NCBI GenBank assembly: GCA_051362555.1
Contig: CM120648.1
Location: 17,108,587 to 17,172,586, forward strand
Direction of reading: 5' to 3'
From: Lingula anatina
Lineage: Eukaryota; Animalia; Brachiopoda
Length of the DNA: 64,000 bases
The notes below the pieces were generated by a model. The model did no database searches. It was not told the DNA's origin and worked only from the letters and a program-made list of their open reading frames with translations. Shown one piece after another: positions 26,294-39,900 of this stretch (positions are counted from its first letter, which is position 1; each line of letters begins with the position of its first letter). The position numbers and the translations under genes are program-made.

Positions 26294-26432
26294 AGAGAGG
26301 GAGAGAGAGAGAGAGAGAGGGAGAGAGAAAGAGAGAGAGAGAGAGGCTAGTATTTTTACCCTTAATAACGGTCTTTACTGGCGGTGTTGCCTTGCAGTTC
26401 ATCTTAATAAGGGGGTCATCCTTGCCGGCCAT
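23972..26432 (-). CDS. BCO: Carotenoid cleavage oxygenase (BCO1/BCO2/RPE65/NinaB family), intact copy B; coding exons 26360-26432, 26008-26158, 23972-25364; 538 aa
   Basis: GT-AG exons join in phase (73+151+1393 nt = 539 codons): MAGKDDPLIKMNCKATPPVKTVIKG|TVPADLSGSLHRVAPAKFEVGNYRMRHFFDGLAMVYSF...SK|YIESEAY...SEFGTACFPDPCKNIFSR. All four Fe-ligand His contexts are present (AHPH, YFHSF, FHHIN, GLHG), plus ELPRINY and PSEPVFVP. Subfamily not determined. Confidence 0.93.
26008..26158 (-). CDS. BCO: BCO copy B, coding exon 2 (151 nt)
   Basis: Acceptor tttcag|GCACAGTC and donor AA|gtaagt; encodes G-TVPADLSG...HFFDGLA. Confidence 0.9.
26360..26432 (-). CDS. BCO: BCO copy B, coding exon 1 (ATG 26432; exon probably starts at acceptor 26500)
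   Basis: MAGKDDPLIKMNCKATPPVKTVIK G|gtaaaa resembles the BCO1 N-terminal EPVRAKVTG segment; in-frame stop upstream of the ATG. Confidence 0.8.
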
Positions 26433-27624
26433 ATTGGTCAGTTTTAGTCTACGTCACGTCGACCGGTAGTCAAATCAATGAAGACGTCCTCTTTCAGATC
26501 CTGAATAAGTTTTGGAATTTTGTATAAAACTTTAAAAAAAGCTTCACAACTATCAAAATTAATGACATAGTTGAGAATACATGTAGTACTAAAATTGTTA
26601 ATTGTACATCATAATGAGAAACGGACTACTATTCCTGCACATTATGTTCTTTTAAACAAAAGCTTTTTTATTTATTTATTAATTTATTTACAGGTATCCT
26701 TTTTATTTGCATTCGACATACAGGTAGTATATAATACTACTCCAACTGTCAATTGTACATAGGAATGGGACGTTAAATACGTTTTTAGACAAAAAAAAAA
26801 ACTTGTTAATTTATTATTTTATTCATCTTTTTTATTTACATTTGCAGTATTGTTCTTCTTGCATACATACAGGTATGTGACCTACATTGCACTTACGCAA
26901 AGTCATCAAAACTCCCCTCCCCCCCGGCACCCCTATAGCAATCACGAGAAAAAAAGGGCGTATACAATATAAGCCGCCATTTTTTTTTTTTTTTTGGGGG
27001 GGGGGGGGGGGGCAGGCTCACAATCGGGTCCAAATCGTTACTGTTTTAGTTCAAATTACAGCATCTGGCGCAGAGAAATGGTGTATTCACGTTCCTCTCC
27101 ATATGGCGTCCTTTGTCAAAGCCTGACACGATGGAACAGAACTGCGTAGTTATCAACTGTGACAAGGTGTGACAAGAATAGTACATGTAGTCCTTTAGGA
27201 GTCTTAGTCCGTGTCCCATTACTTTGTACAGGTGACATTCGTCCCATATACTAATCCCAATACTCCAACTAACTCTGACCTGTACTCATCATATGGGACC
27301 CCGGACTTCCAATTCTTGGACTTTACGATTCCTGCCACACCGACTAACCCTTAACTGTGATAAAAACGTATAGGTCCCCGGACCACCATTCCTGTCATAC
27401 CGGTGCGATGCAGGGCACAATCATTTTTTAATCTCTTGCTGTGAACGCCATTTCTCCTCTATCAACTGAAACAGTGCTACGCATTAATATCAACTGACCC
27501 TATAAAAAGGTGCGCCCCAGAGAGTCAGTATACAGGTAATAAAAAAAATTAAGACACAACCTTGCCCTTTGAAAATGCCTTTTATATAAAAAAATTAAAT
27601 TACAATATACAGGGGTAGGCCTAC

Positions 27625-27843
27625 CTGTTTACAGTATTCTTAGCTGCCTTTATAAGAATGTTAAATGTGCAAACAGCTGTAGACTGACGACATATCAACA
27701 GCGAGGACTGCGCACATCGACGTTCTGAAGTTCTCGTTAGCGAGGACGGTGAAAAGCGTCTCACAATGGAGGAGGTTTGTGAACGCCTCGCTGTGAGGAC
27801 GCCTTTTTTGAGACACGGCCAGAGATATAGCACTACCTGCAGC
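27625..27843 (-). other. Putative 5' UTR exon of BCO copy B
   Basis: Acceptor tctctccag| and donor AAACAG|gtaggc; paralogous to 20618-20845. Confidence 0.45.
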
Positions 27844-28564
27844 CTGGAGAGAGGCCATGTCAGGACACAAGATGGAGGACATATTATATCAAATTTAAAT
27901 GAAATTAATACCTCTCTAAAAATGAGAGTTGCAAATCACAAATCACCAGGTATAATGATTTAGCTTCACGAAGGATAGAAAACAAAAAAGTCGCATTCAC
28001 GAGTCACGGGAACGGGATGGTACACGGATCACGGCAAGTATTATGAACGTTTCACTCGTGAAATATGAAAGCGGCTTGCACGGATAAAAAAAAAAAAACC
28101 CGAAAATCCAGACGTAATCTCCAGGCAAAGAGGTGAATTTTTTAATCCACTTTTCATTCAAAGTTTATACATAAATTGCTCTAGCATCGGAGCCCTTCCA
28201 TGACGTGAAACTAATGTACATGTATATTGAAAAATGATATGGAATTCACCATTTTATTAAAAATATTCGGTCTCTAATAAGATGTGCTCTCAGCTACTGC
28301 AGTGAGTGTAACCGTGGTTTCCACAATATCGTATAGATGGCGCGGCGATACCTTCCATGCCCATGTCATTAATTATCCAAGGGTTTGCACGGAGTGACGC
28401 CAAGTTATTGACCTGGTCACGGAATCACCCACTCTGTGGAAAATTGACATATAATTGGTACAATTACGAAAATACAAATTAAATGATTATTTCATTCTCA
28501 CAAGAGATACTGTAAAGCGGCTTATATTCAGGCCAAGCTTTTTGAAGAACATTACGTTCTAAGT

Positions 28565-28595
<31 letters not shown>

Positions 28596-29244
28596 GGGGA
28601 GGGGGGGAGGGGGAGGGCGTCAATACTTATTCGCCAGATGTAGGTTCTTTAAGTAAGCCCTTGTTAGAGCAGTGTATTTAATCTTGTACTTTAGGAGCAT
28701 GGTGACCAATGGCATGGTATATTTAATCAAAATCCAGTATTAAAATTTTGGGAAATGTGACGCAATTTTGTGATTCAAATTAGAAAAAAAAATATACGAT
28801 GAATGCGATGCCAAATAGAATTGTGTTATTGTTTAAGTATAATTCGTGTAGGCATTTCCATATTGAATAAAAGTTGCACATTTAAATTCCAAACTCTCTG
28901 ACGTAGATTCATTATGTGTCCCATCTCCGTCTCCATGTAAACGCTATAATAGGGTCTGATATGTCCCGGCATGTTTCCGGATAAAAGCCCTCTGCCTGTT
29001 TTTTTTTCTTAAGTTATATAAGAACGCCATGTATCCCAGAATCCTCCCAAACATTTTGTCGCGCACACAAAAGGCTTCCAGGCACGGAGACCTGGGTCCC
29101 GTACCTCGAAAGGTCACGTGTACCAGGAGTGCCAAGGTCACGTGAACCACTTCAACAGGGTGTCAATGTACAACAATGACGGCTGTGTGCCTGGATTTTT
29201 ATTTACCTTCAAGTTTAAGTCACGCTTTGAACGCGGTGACATAT

Positions 29245-29943
29245 AAAGGTGCTGTCACACTATAGTGTATAGTACCACCGTATGAGAAAAGTGGCCCATA
29301 TGCACACAAACGCAAGATATTCTCTAGACTTAACGTCGTATAGGTTTGGCGTACGCAGGTAAACGTCGGTGCACGTTCGCAGACCCGGAGGGGGATACAA
29401 CATTTTTGCATTTTAAAGAACGATTTCATACTCTTTTTATATCAACATGTTTATATCAACATATGTTATTATGTCAAAATGCTGGAATCAGAATGATTTT
29501 ATACCTTGCGTTTCACAGTCAACGTTCATTGTATATACACGAGCTTGCGTCGTGAGCACGCCTTTTATACACCAGGCGTGGGGGTGACGCACGTGCGACG
29601 CATTCCCGGTGTGCTCTCGACTTTGTTCGTTAGTTGTGAGGGCGTGCGCCTTACTCAACACGCAAAGAGCACTTGCTCCTTCATTGCTTGCGACGTGCGT
29701 CTTGCACAACGCGCGTCTGTCTTGCTAACTCCGTGCGAGGGGAGCAAGTTACGCTTGCGGCCTCGCTGTTCGCAGGCTATTCGTAGAATCTTTTGGACTT
29801 GTCCAACATCCTCCGTACGTGCTTACGGGCTGTCTGCGAACTCGAACTTGCGTAAGAAGGACTTGCGTGGGACGTGAGATTCTGCGCAAAATTTGGACGT
29901 AAACAGCCCGTAAGAGCCCGTACGGCCGGTTGTGACCGAGGCT
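29245..29943. mobile_element. CpG-rich Harbinger-like non-autonomous remnant
   Basis: Imperfect ends ggtgctgtcacac...gtgaccgagggc; CG-rich interior unlike the flanks. Confidence 0.4.
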
Positions 29944-30779
29944 ATACGTTCATAGTTGTGCGCATAACCGGGGTCACATACTATGCTCATACCTACCGCT
30001 TTTCCCTAATGGCATGTCTTTCAGTGTAATAAAATAAGTTTTAAATTGAAATAAAGTCGGGTTGAATTTTTTACTGCCGGGTGGGAATTTAAAAGCAGTA
30101 GTCATTGGAGCCCTTGAATATACAGATAGCGGACCCTATGTCCACGCAAACCTAATGTGACTGTTGATTAATTAACACGCGCGTCTCTCTTACGATGTCA
30201 GTGCTTATAGCCTACGCGAAATGCACCGTTCTTGATTGACCCTAGAGTTGAAAGAGTAATGAAGTCACCGGCACAGACACGCGAGGCAATGAACCTTTAA
30301 TGAGATTACATTACTTATCAATACATTGAAACATCTCTTGACAAATAGCATTGTCAATAAAAAAAGACCCCAGAAAGCATGCATTACAGTGACGTTTTAC
30401 CTAAGTATCTGACTAAACGAGTCTGCTTTTTGTGCTACACATTTCAATGTGTCTATTCATGAACTTGTAGCTTTTGAAACGGTGACGGACAAAAATATTA
30501 TTATTATTATTATTATAAATGATAAAAATTGCAATACTTTCTGTTACTCTACTGTGTTTCATGTCATTTGCGTATTATTATTGCACCCGTGGCTGACTTT
30601 TAATCCATTGGTAGGAAGTTTGCAGAAAATTCGAATCCAATCCCCCACAGCCTTGTTTTATAACTACAAACACGTGAATGTCTGTTCGACTAGATCACGT
30701 GTACGTTTGCTGTCTAATATTTTTAAATGGTTTGGTTTTGGTCCGTGTGTCTCATGATATTAACGTTTGAAGCGGGGGG

Positions 30780-30872
30780 TGAGAGAAGAAGCAAGGGGAG
30801 TTGTGAGAGAAGAAATGAGGGGAGTTGTGAGAGAAGAAGTAAGGGGAGTTTTGAGAGAAGAAGTAAGGGGAG
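30780..30872. repeat. 24-bp purine-rich tandem repeat x~4
   Basis: tgagagaagaagtaaggggagttg. Confidence 0.85.
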
Positions 30873-31467
30873 AAGGGAGAGGAAAAGTGAACGTTTCCTC
30901 TGCCCCCGTTGTTGGGAGAGCCATGGCCTTGGAGGTGATCCAAACAGCCGTGTATTGGCAGGCCTCAGTGGCCATGACTATAAAACACCATGACAGGACA
31001 ACAGCGTTGACGACCCAAGTAATTTGCACGGATTTTCATAAATTAATCAGATAATTACAGCAGCAATAAATACCGTCAAGCTTAATCAAAGACTGCGCAG
31101 AAAGACGTGCCGCGTCACACACCACCTCCCCTGCAGGGCGGAGATCAACACCTCGGGATGACGTTATCCTGACCCCCCCCTCCCTCCGGGCCGACATGTA
31201 GTGTGTATTCTGCTGTAGGGTCCTCTCAAATGTGGCGTCGGGTTAGCTCGGAGGCTACAGTTGAGAAGACTTTTGTGAACAGAAATGATGCCAGCTATAA
31301 TATCCAACTATTTCGTCATAATCAAACATCGTCATCAGAGAGGATTTGATGTCCAAGATTATGACAGAGAGGTGATAGATGTGGCCTATACGAAAAATCG
31401 TTCTGTGTGCGGCGGGCATTAACATCGGTCCCAATATTTCAAACCCTCTCTCTCTTCAAACTTCTCC

Positions 31468-31647
31468 AGGCCCGTAGCCGGGATGGGGGGGGGAGGGGGG
31501 AGGGGGGGAGGGGGGTTCGAAAGAACTGCCCTTTTTGTCAGGAAAAGGTCTATTTTGGGTAAATTTTATCTAGGTACACATAAGTTTCATTGTAAAAGGT
31601 CCACTTGTTCGGGAAAAAACCTTTTGAATTTGCTGGCTACAGGCATG
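31468..31647. mobile_element. hAT-like MITE with poly-G
   Basis: caggcccgtagcc...ggctacaggcatg imperfect TIRs. Confidence 0.55.
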
Positions 31648-31791
31648 CTCTCGGACTTTGATCTACTTTCCCTCCCTCACTCACTCGAGGGATTTTTCTT
31701 TGACATAAACGTGAATGGAGCCAACTTAATTTTTGGGGAATAGATTATCATGCATGTTAATAAGGCTTGAAATTCATCCGAAAGTCCTTTT

Positions 31792-31794
<3 letters not shown>

Positions 31795-31881
<87 letters not shown>
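31795..31881. repeat. (TA)n microsatellite
   Basis: Direct observation. Confidence 0.95.
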
Positions 31882-31883
<2 letters not shown>

Positions 31884-32679
31884 CAATATTTTATGACGTA
31901 TTTAAGCTATAAATTTCTATGAGGTCTGTTCTTACTCATTTATTTTGAATAAAGTAAAGCCACTCAAGAGGCGTTTGATTTTTCCCAGTAAATATCCTCA
32001 TGAGTTCTAGATACGACATGACAGAATAAAAGCATCTTTACTTCATAAAAGTAGTAATACTAACATCTCAACCTTTATCTTTGTGGATAATGTCATTTAC
32101 AACATGACAATGGTTTTCAGTCTATACACACGGTACACCTCAACACGCCATAAGAAATCATTTAACAGGCATTGTGGACGCAAAGGCAGGAAACTGGAAA
32201 CCGGAACGAAGAGACTTAAGGGATATTAAGAAAGCCATAGGATTCCTTAATGTTTACCGCACCATACAGACTACACCTAAACACGCGAGAGAGGGCGACT
32301 TTTTCCACTATCGCTTTCAGGCTTACAAATGTACCCATCAAGAAAATTTGTATGCGACAAATAGTCGAACAAACCACTTTGGCATGTAAACAACAAGAGA
32401 CGAACAATAACGTTTACATGCAAAGATTGATTCAGTTCAGTCACCAAATCTACAGCGCAAATATACATGTACTTGTGGTTTTTTTTAACGAGTTGAGAGG
32501 GATTAAATGTGAACGCGCAGACGGCAACGTCCATTGCTGTTGAACTGACTGAAAAAAGGTAAATCTATTTTAAACAACAATCTAAGGTAACATGATATCG
32601 TTGATATATATAACGATCGACAAAACAAAACTCTTAAGTGATTTTTTTAAAAAAGTTCACTTATAAGTAGGAAGCAATA

Positions 32680-32922
32680 GGGACCGTTCCCAGACCCTGT
32701 CGTACTAACTGTGGGTCGATCTAGCTCCGAGGGGATTCTCCCTTAATTACAATTAACTTCAGCGGCTTAGATTTTTGTCAAGCATACTAACGCTGTTAAG
32801 GGGTAAATAATTATTCAGTAGGCGTGCCAGACATCTAAGCCGCTTAAGCTGAAAGCAATTAAGCGAGAAACCCCTTAGAGATGGATCGATCCTGTTAGAT
32901 CAATCCACGTATGGGAACCCAT
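32680..32922 (-). mobile_element. Family P MITE
   Basis: Reverse-oriented copy gggaccgttccca...tgggaaccca. Confidence 0.8.
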
Positions 32923-34870
32923 TTACAGAGTAGCTTCATGGTACAGATGCCAGGTCCTGTCACCCGTACCTGAAGTGTTTTTCATCTTTTCTGGAAATTC
33001 ATTAACAAAACCGCCTACTCCTCACAAACAGGATGCACTGGATTGCACAAATGCAGAGGTATCGCATTTCAAACACACGAGGTTAATTCAGGTTAACTTT
33101 GCTTTTTATGATAAAATGCCTTACATCTAATTACGGCACCCGCTCATGCGAATAAATAAATAAATTGGTTAATAAATTAATTAATTCATTTGTGGGGACG
33201 CGAAAACATCTTGATGAAACCTCCGACTCTTGATGGCGGTTTTCATAATCTCTACCAACACCCGTAGTTGACTTCACAGCTGTGGTATTATTCAACTACA
33301 GGACATGATCAGTAAAATGCGACATATCAGGTTAGTATTAGACACAACCAAGATATGCCACACTTCTTCAGTTTATACTTCGATGGTTTTCCAAGGACAA
33401 ACCGTTTAAATATTTCAGGCAAGTTATGTGATCAGAATGCCTTTCAATATAACACTTCATTTATTTCAAAAGAAAAACATATCATTCAAAGACTGCGTAG
33501 CTATTTGCTCTCTGAACAGCGGAGCTGGAGTAGCATATAACATGAAATATTTGGTTGCTGCGGGTTGCACCACACGTGTATAACTACAGTTTGGGAAGAC
33601 GTTTATAGAGAAAGTATTGACATAAATTCACTTCACATTAATAGGAAATCACATGTCCACAATCTCAGCACTTTAATCAATCCCATTCCATGGAATATCT
33701 ATTGATTTGCACGTTGGCGCTGACATCAGCGGATGTGTCTTCGAAATTAAGCGTATTTTGACAGCGAAGTATTATAAATCTTAATTAGGACGGCTTCCTT
33801 TTATTAGGAAACTTAATTTAATTAGAACCTAAGTTATCGACCAAAAGAGCAAAATTACATCTCGCTGTAAAAGTGTGTTGTACTTGAAGCCGTACAAAGA
33901 AGGCGCCAAAATAGGAGGAGTAAAGAGACAAAAGGTTTTCATCCGAGATAAGATCACAGCCAACTGCCAAGGAAGCCAAAATCAGAAAATAATTAACACC
34001 GAATTAACAAAGAAGAGATGATAAGCAGTATAGAAACGTGTTTGTAAGATATTCAAACCGAAAATCCGCTTTGTTTTTCTTACTTAGTACTATTGTGAAG
34101 AATGGTGAACAACATAAGTCAGCTGAAATAACAGATTTTTCTTCTTGCTAATGTTTCTTTGATAAATCTCTTTACGATGTAAATGTTACAACAATTGATG
34201 AAGCTTACAGTAAATTTCCTATAATTGTGTCTTTAAAATATTGAACAACACCCGTCTCACCAAACGCCAGCGCGTGGAACATCCCCCCACTGTCACAACA
34301 AGTGACTTGTCACGGTTACCATGGTGTCGTGGTCAGCTGACCTAAAGATGTCAACACCGATGATGATATTAATGACGCCCCTTCACGTCGTTCTAAATAA
34401 ATTATGTAATTCACAGGTATTATTAATTTACACCGAAGCCTACTGTGGGAGGTTCAGCACTGCTTCACTGCTTAAATAGACCGCTGGTTAGTTAACTTTC
34501 TCCAAGATAAAAACGACGATTTAAAGCGGGCTAGTTTGCAGCGCTTCGTAGTTTTAATTCGAATGGCAAACATCTCTTGGTCCGGAAAAAGAGGAAACAT
34601 TCACTGTGAAAGAAATTGAAAACATTCGCTGAAGAAGAAAAGTACATCCAAGTAGAGGGGTTAGAAAGGACATTACATTAACGCGTTTTGCATTGACCAC
34701 AGCTGCCATAGACGGTTGATCCAGTTCATGTCAACCCCTCATTACAGTAACAAAAAAATTAGAAAAGAAAAAGAAAAGCGTAGCGCAAAATAATAATTAA
34801 AAAAAGGTTATCAACGACTTTGAGAGGATTCTAGAATTACCAGTAACTGAAGAATTGTCCAATAACAAAT

Positions 34871-36891
34871 ATGTGGTATCACAACGCAAACAAGCACCTT
34901 ATAGTGTTCCATTTGATTTTGAACTGTGGGAAACTAACACATGGGGCTACGGCATCATTAGACCAACCTAGGTACGGGACGGACAAAACAAGTCCTGCAA
35001 GACAAGGCAGCTCAGTGTGGAGCACGCCGCTAAGGCCTCAAGTGTGGCCTGGGTTTGTTCACCGAGCAGATACACTGGATAGAAGTGTCCGTCAAACCTA
35101 TCTACCACAAGGCTATGCACTGGCAGTCAGCGGCATGTACGACCAGAGGTCTCCTCGCACATTTAAAGCAGAGAACGAAGCAATAAAATATATGTCCTAT
35201 GATAAGGTACGTTGACATTTTTAAAATAATTTTCATATGATGATTTGACGGTGGTTATGTAAAGGGGTCTCATATCAATGTTTAGATTGCAAATAGTGTA
35301 TGGTTCCTTACAAATCTCATAATCATGTTTATGAAATGACAATGGTGTGTAGAAGACCAGCGTTTTTATCGTTAACTGCCCAAGAATTTGTAGACAGCGT
35401 CCTAATTCCTGTCGTTCTCTGAGCACTCATTAGAACTGTTCTGTCTAATTTGAAACAAAAAAATATACATGTTAAAGTGTCAAAAGATAAAATTGAATGA
35501 ATTCAAAGTTGTGTTCACTTTTAAAAAATATATGTATGTGTGTATAAAACAAAGTCCCCAACAGACTCAATTTAAATTTAATTCTCATTTTTACCATGTC
35601 TTTACATTCTGTAAAGGGCCTAAATTGTAACGTATGTTCCGGTTAACGTAGGTTCCAGGTCGCTTATTTTTAATTCATATATTGCGTTCTGATATAGTTT
35701 GTGGCTATTCAGCCATGGTAAATAATACATGACTTAAGGATGTTTTTATAAATATTTTAACTGTAACTTGAGGGGCTTTACGTCATGGCTAATACTATGT
35801 TACGTATGTTCCCCAGAGAATTTTTTTTTCTGTTACTTACTGAAAATTTATATTGTGATTACATGACAGTTTGACATTCCTCATACATTATTTGGATGAC
35901 GAATGGAAAATAGTTAATTGAATGCTTATTTTATGTCAGAAAGGTGTATTTCTCCCTTTTTTAATATTCTGTGACAAGCAAACTAACATTTAAGTGCTCT
36001 CTACAGTAGATTTTCACAAGTTTTGAAACGTTGTAGGAGTTAAATCAAAGAACATTACCACTGATGATTGAATTTTAAAAGTGAGTAAAACGTTTCTACA
36101 GCTGGACATTTTGCATTTGCGTCAGTAACGTATGTTCCTTTTTGGAGTTAGACGCTCGATGTATTATTTTTTTTTTATCATTCATGGTTCTAGGACAGTG
36201 AAACTTTGATACCAACTTCTTCTTAGTTCGCAATTCTTCATAATTTGCAATCTGTGCACTACATATTTTAAGAGCATGTCTGTGAACTTATTTGTACCTC
36301 TATATTGGGTTTGGGTGAGAAAGCCTTCGTGAAGTACGCGCCAATTTCAGGAAACTCAAGAAATTGCGTATCAGAATAATAAAATGGACCTCTAATCAAT
36401 TAAGCTGTATCTTGGTTTCATTCAACCGCCTGCATCTAATAATTTCCTTAGTATACAATATATAGAAGAAGGTAGAAAGGAAACGGGAGAGGAAACTGGT
36501 GAGACATTAATCGGGCACATATACAACACATTGTATAGATATCCACATACAGAATAAGTGCGTATCCCAATCAATGCCAAAATTAAGAGAAATATTGGAA
36601 CTGTCCAGATAGCTGAGAAAATGTTAAGTGTAGTCTTCAAGAGCCAATGAACCTCTCTGGCATCCCTCACCTTGGCAGCATTTCCTCTCCCCAAACAGCG
36701 TCCCATGACCCACTTCTTCTCCCCAACATCGTCCCATGACCTACTTCTCCCCAACAGCGTCCCATGACCCACTTCTTCTCTATAACAGCGTCCCATGACC
36801 CACTTCTTCTCCATAACGACGTCCCATGACCAACAACTCCCTGGCAGTGGCAGCGACATAAGACCCAGTTTAAAAATCATCATCAAAATAC

Positions 36892-36935
<44 letters not shown>

Positions 36936-39900
36936 AGGATCATCCCAAAGACAAATTTGGAACTCCAGACTTCGATCTTCATGGAGCCCGAGGAGGTTTT
37001 TTAAGCGGATTACAAAGGGCGTTTGGGAGCTCCGTAAGGAAAATGTTTGACTCAGTCGGACTTGAAGAGCAAGGCAAAAAGCTGCCAATTTCATTTTTGC
37101 AGCCTCTGGTGAGTTTTTGAATATACCATTAAAGTGATACAAAGAGCCCAGATTATGATTTAATGTTCAGGCCTATGTTATGTCGATGTTTTAAAGTTTA
37201 ACAGTATAGCTTAGGGCAATAGAAATGGTAGAAGAAAAGCCCATGAAAGTAGTATCAACTTAACCATATGTCACAAATCACCACCAATAACGACTTAATG
37301 TTAATAAGATGAATGAAAATGTATACTCGCGGATTTTCATGAGAACTGTCCATGAAGTCTGTATTGTCACTGTTGTTTTATTACTTGGGGTTAAACATGT
37401 TCAAGAAAAAGTCTGGATGACGTCACTGGACGACCAATCCAGTGCATTGCATATATAACTGGAGGTTAAGGGCTTGTGGCTGCCTAATTTACTACTGTGG
37501 AGCCGTTTAATTAGTCCGATCTGTGACACGGTTGTTCAGCATTTATATCATGATATAACTATGTCGGTAGTTTATTACATGACAGTCTGTCCGTTAATAA
37601 TGTCTGCATGAACTTTATTAGGGGTGAGAACAATGGTAGTTCTTAAGCGCTATAACGTGGTCATGATATTAGCACGCAATGAGATTAAGACTGGGTGCCC
37701 ATACCTAGATCAATCTAACAGAATCGATCCAACTCAAAGGGATTCTCGCTAAATTGCTTTCGGCTTAAGCGGCTTAGATGTCTGACACGCCTACTGAAAC
37801 TGCTAAACGATAATTAATGACACCTAGCAGCTAGCTTCAGTAGGCGTGACAGACACCTAAGCCCCTTAAGTTGATTGCAATCTAGCGAGAATCCCCTTGG
37901 AGATAGATCGATGCACAGTGAGTACGACAGGGTCTGGGAATGGTCCCTTATATAAGTAGAGGAAAAGATTGCTTAAAAGGCCAGATGCACTAAAGGTAAG
38001 GTTGTGATTGATTGAATTGGCCTCTTAGAAAAGATCTTCGGAATTATCTCTTCTCCTTGGCACATCAGAAATAGTGCTGTGACATTTTCAGTAGCTATAA
38101 AGCCCTTGATATTTCTCTAGGTGTAGATTGGGGCTGAAACAACGTCCCCTGTTTAAAGGTCAGGATATTTAATTCACAAATTCCCGTAATTTGTGTTTGA
38201 GGACGCCATCATTACCATTCTCTCTATCAGATTAATACTGATGAAGTGTCGATGTGGAAGTTAACTCCCACACAACACCAACCTTTAATAGCACTTAAAG
38301 GTACTTCACAAAGGGTAACAAACAAACAGGCGTATTGATTGACAGTTTGCTGTGATTAAGCAGAGTAGCGGGTGTATGGAAGAGGCGCTACTCCCTGTAG
38401 AACATAATGCCTCTTCCGGTAGAACTTTTCAAATAGGAAACACTGTGATGTTAGTAAAGTGCAAACCCATTAACTACCAGTCTTGTATCTGAAGAGTTGA
38501 ACTCTGGTGGTTTGCTATGATACGCATACCCGATCAGGACTGAGCATCTCTATGAGAGCTGTTATCCAGCGGGCATGCTGTGAACGCTTTCTTATTTTTC
38601 TAAATCAGTTGGTAAACATGAACATTTGAAAGCATATTAAAACACGGTGGACACTGTAACGAAGTTCATATTACAGATTAAATAAATCTATAGTGTTGAT
38701 TTCATTGCATCATGTCTCTTACTTGTTCTCTACTATTGTCGGTACCTTTTAACTACTGATACAAAACATGCATTTATGTTCGCATTTAGTGCATTCAGAA
38801 CAGCGAGACTAACAGATCCGCAGATCAAATATGGCTGACCCACTTGAACTCTTGTTGCGTAATCCCTGCAGGATATCTATTCAGTGTCTTATCGGGAATT
38901 AATCGGCAAGCTTTTTAGTGGGTCGCTGTATTTGCTCATTCTGAACAAATGATCCGCGGACAAACTGATCCGCCGACTAAATATGGCCAACCCTACTTAA
39001 AAGCAAGCCGCCTAACCCCTTGATGGTCACCCCTCCTCCACACGCGCCTTTGAACAGATTAAATCTCGGCTCAGCGGTTTAGTTGCCAGGCCCCTGCAGC
39101 GACGGCGCGTGTGGAGGCGGGGAGACCATCAGGGGTTATGTGGCTTGCTTTTCAGAAGGGTCGGCCATATTTAGTCCGTGGATCTGTCAGGCCGCATTTA
39201 GAACCAGCTGATCCGCAGACCAACTAAGTCACGGATCAAATATGGCGCGCACTTGACAATGGATTGCGCGCCGGCCCAGCAGGGACAGAGCTATTAAATC
39301 TCGGCACGCTTTCAAGTGGGTCGCGTCATATTTGTTGCGCGGACAAGTTGGTTTGCGGATCAACTGGTTCTAAATCATCCTTAGTCCGCGGATCAACTTG
39401 CTGTGAATGCGCTCTGTTATTCCCCAGGCACGTGTCACGGTCAGCGTGGACGGTAGCCAGGTGTTTGGCAGGTCCTCAGTGTGGAAGACCGCCCTGGCAG
39501 CCTCCCCTATGATGTCTGCCTATGACGCCCTCCTCCAGGCGAAGATCCTGTACGACTTCACCCACCCCGAGAACACCACTACCAACCCGTTCCGTGTCAT
39601 CCTAGAACCGTCCATGAAGAGACAATGCTACATCGTTAAACAAGTCGGGGACGTGTCGACCACGCCGCTGTTCCAATGGTCACTTACGGTTATCAGTAGG
39701 TCAAAAGAGGTAATAGGACAAATGATCAGTTTGGGGTGGGAGGTGGACTAAATTTAGACAACACATACGATGAAATGTTGCATCTACATATTCTATGACC
39801 AATCCTTACCGTAACAACATTTAATTTCTTACTTAACGGTTGATATGACCCTATCGTCCATTCTTGACTAGAGATAACTGAAAAGCACATGCTTCCCTTG

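Larger units (their letters stand above)
13028..27948. repeat. Tandem segmental duplication: unit A ~13028-21231, unit B 21232-27948
   Basis: Colinear homology throughout, e.g. 13208 vs 21441 tacttgaataacatgacgctgatg and 21201 vs 27918 aaaaatgagagttgcaaatcacaaatcacca. Confidence 0.92.

Noticed and set aside
29346-29877. Several 69-123 aa ORFs in a CG-rich block
   Set aside because: They lie inside a probable non-autonomous transposon remnant and have no recognisable motifs.
30727-31054. ORFs with 8-aa repeats (VREEVRGV)
   Set aside because: All frames are open because of a stop-poor 24-bp repeat; no splice or codon support.
35610-36157. Possible Sola-like element end (gagcgtctaactcc on the minus strand, repeated gtaacgtatgttcc)
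   Set aside because: A second terminus and TSD were not found, so no boundaries can be supported.
36422-36982. 186-aa minus-strand ORF with poly-Ile
   Set aside because: Built from a (TAA)n microsatellite and a 30-bp tandem repeat, antisense to the predicted gene.
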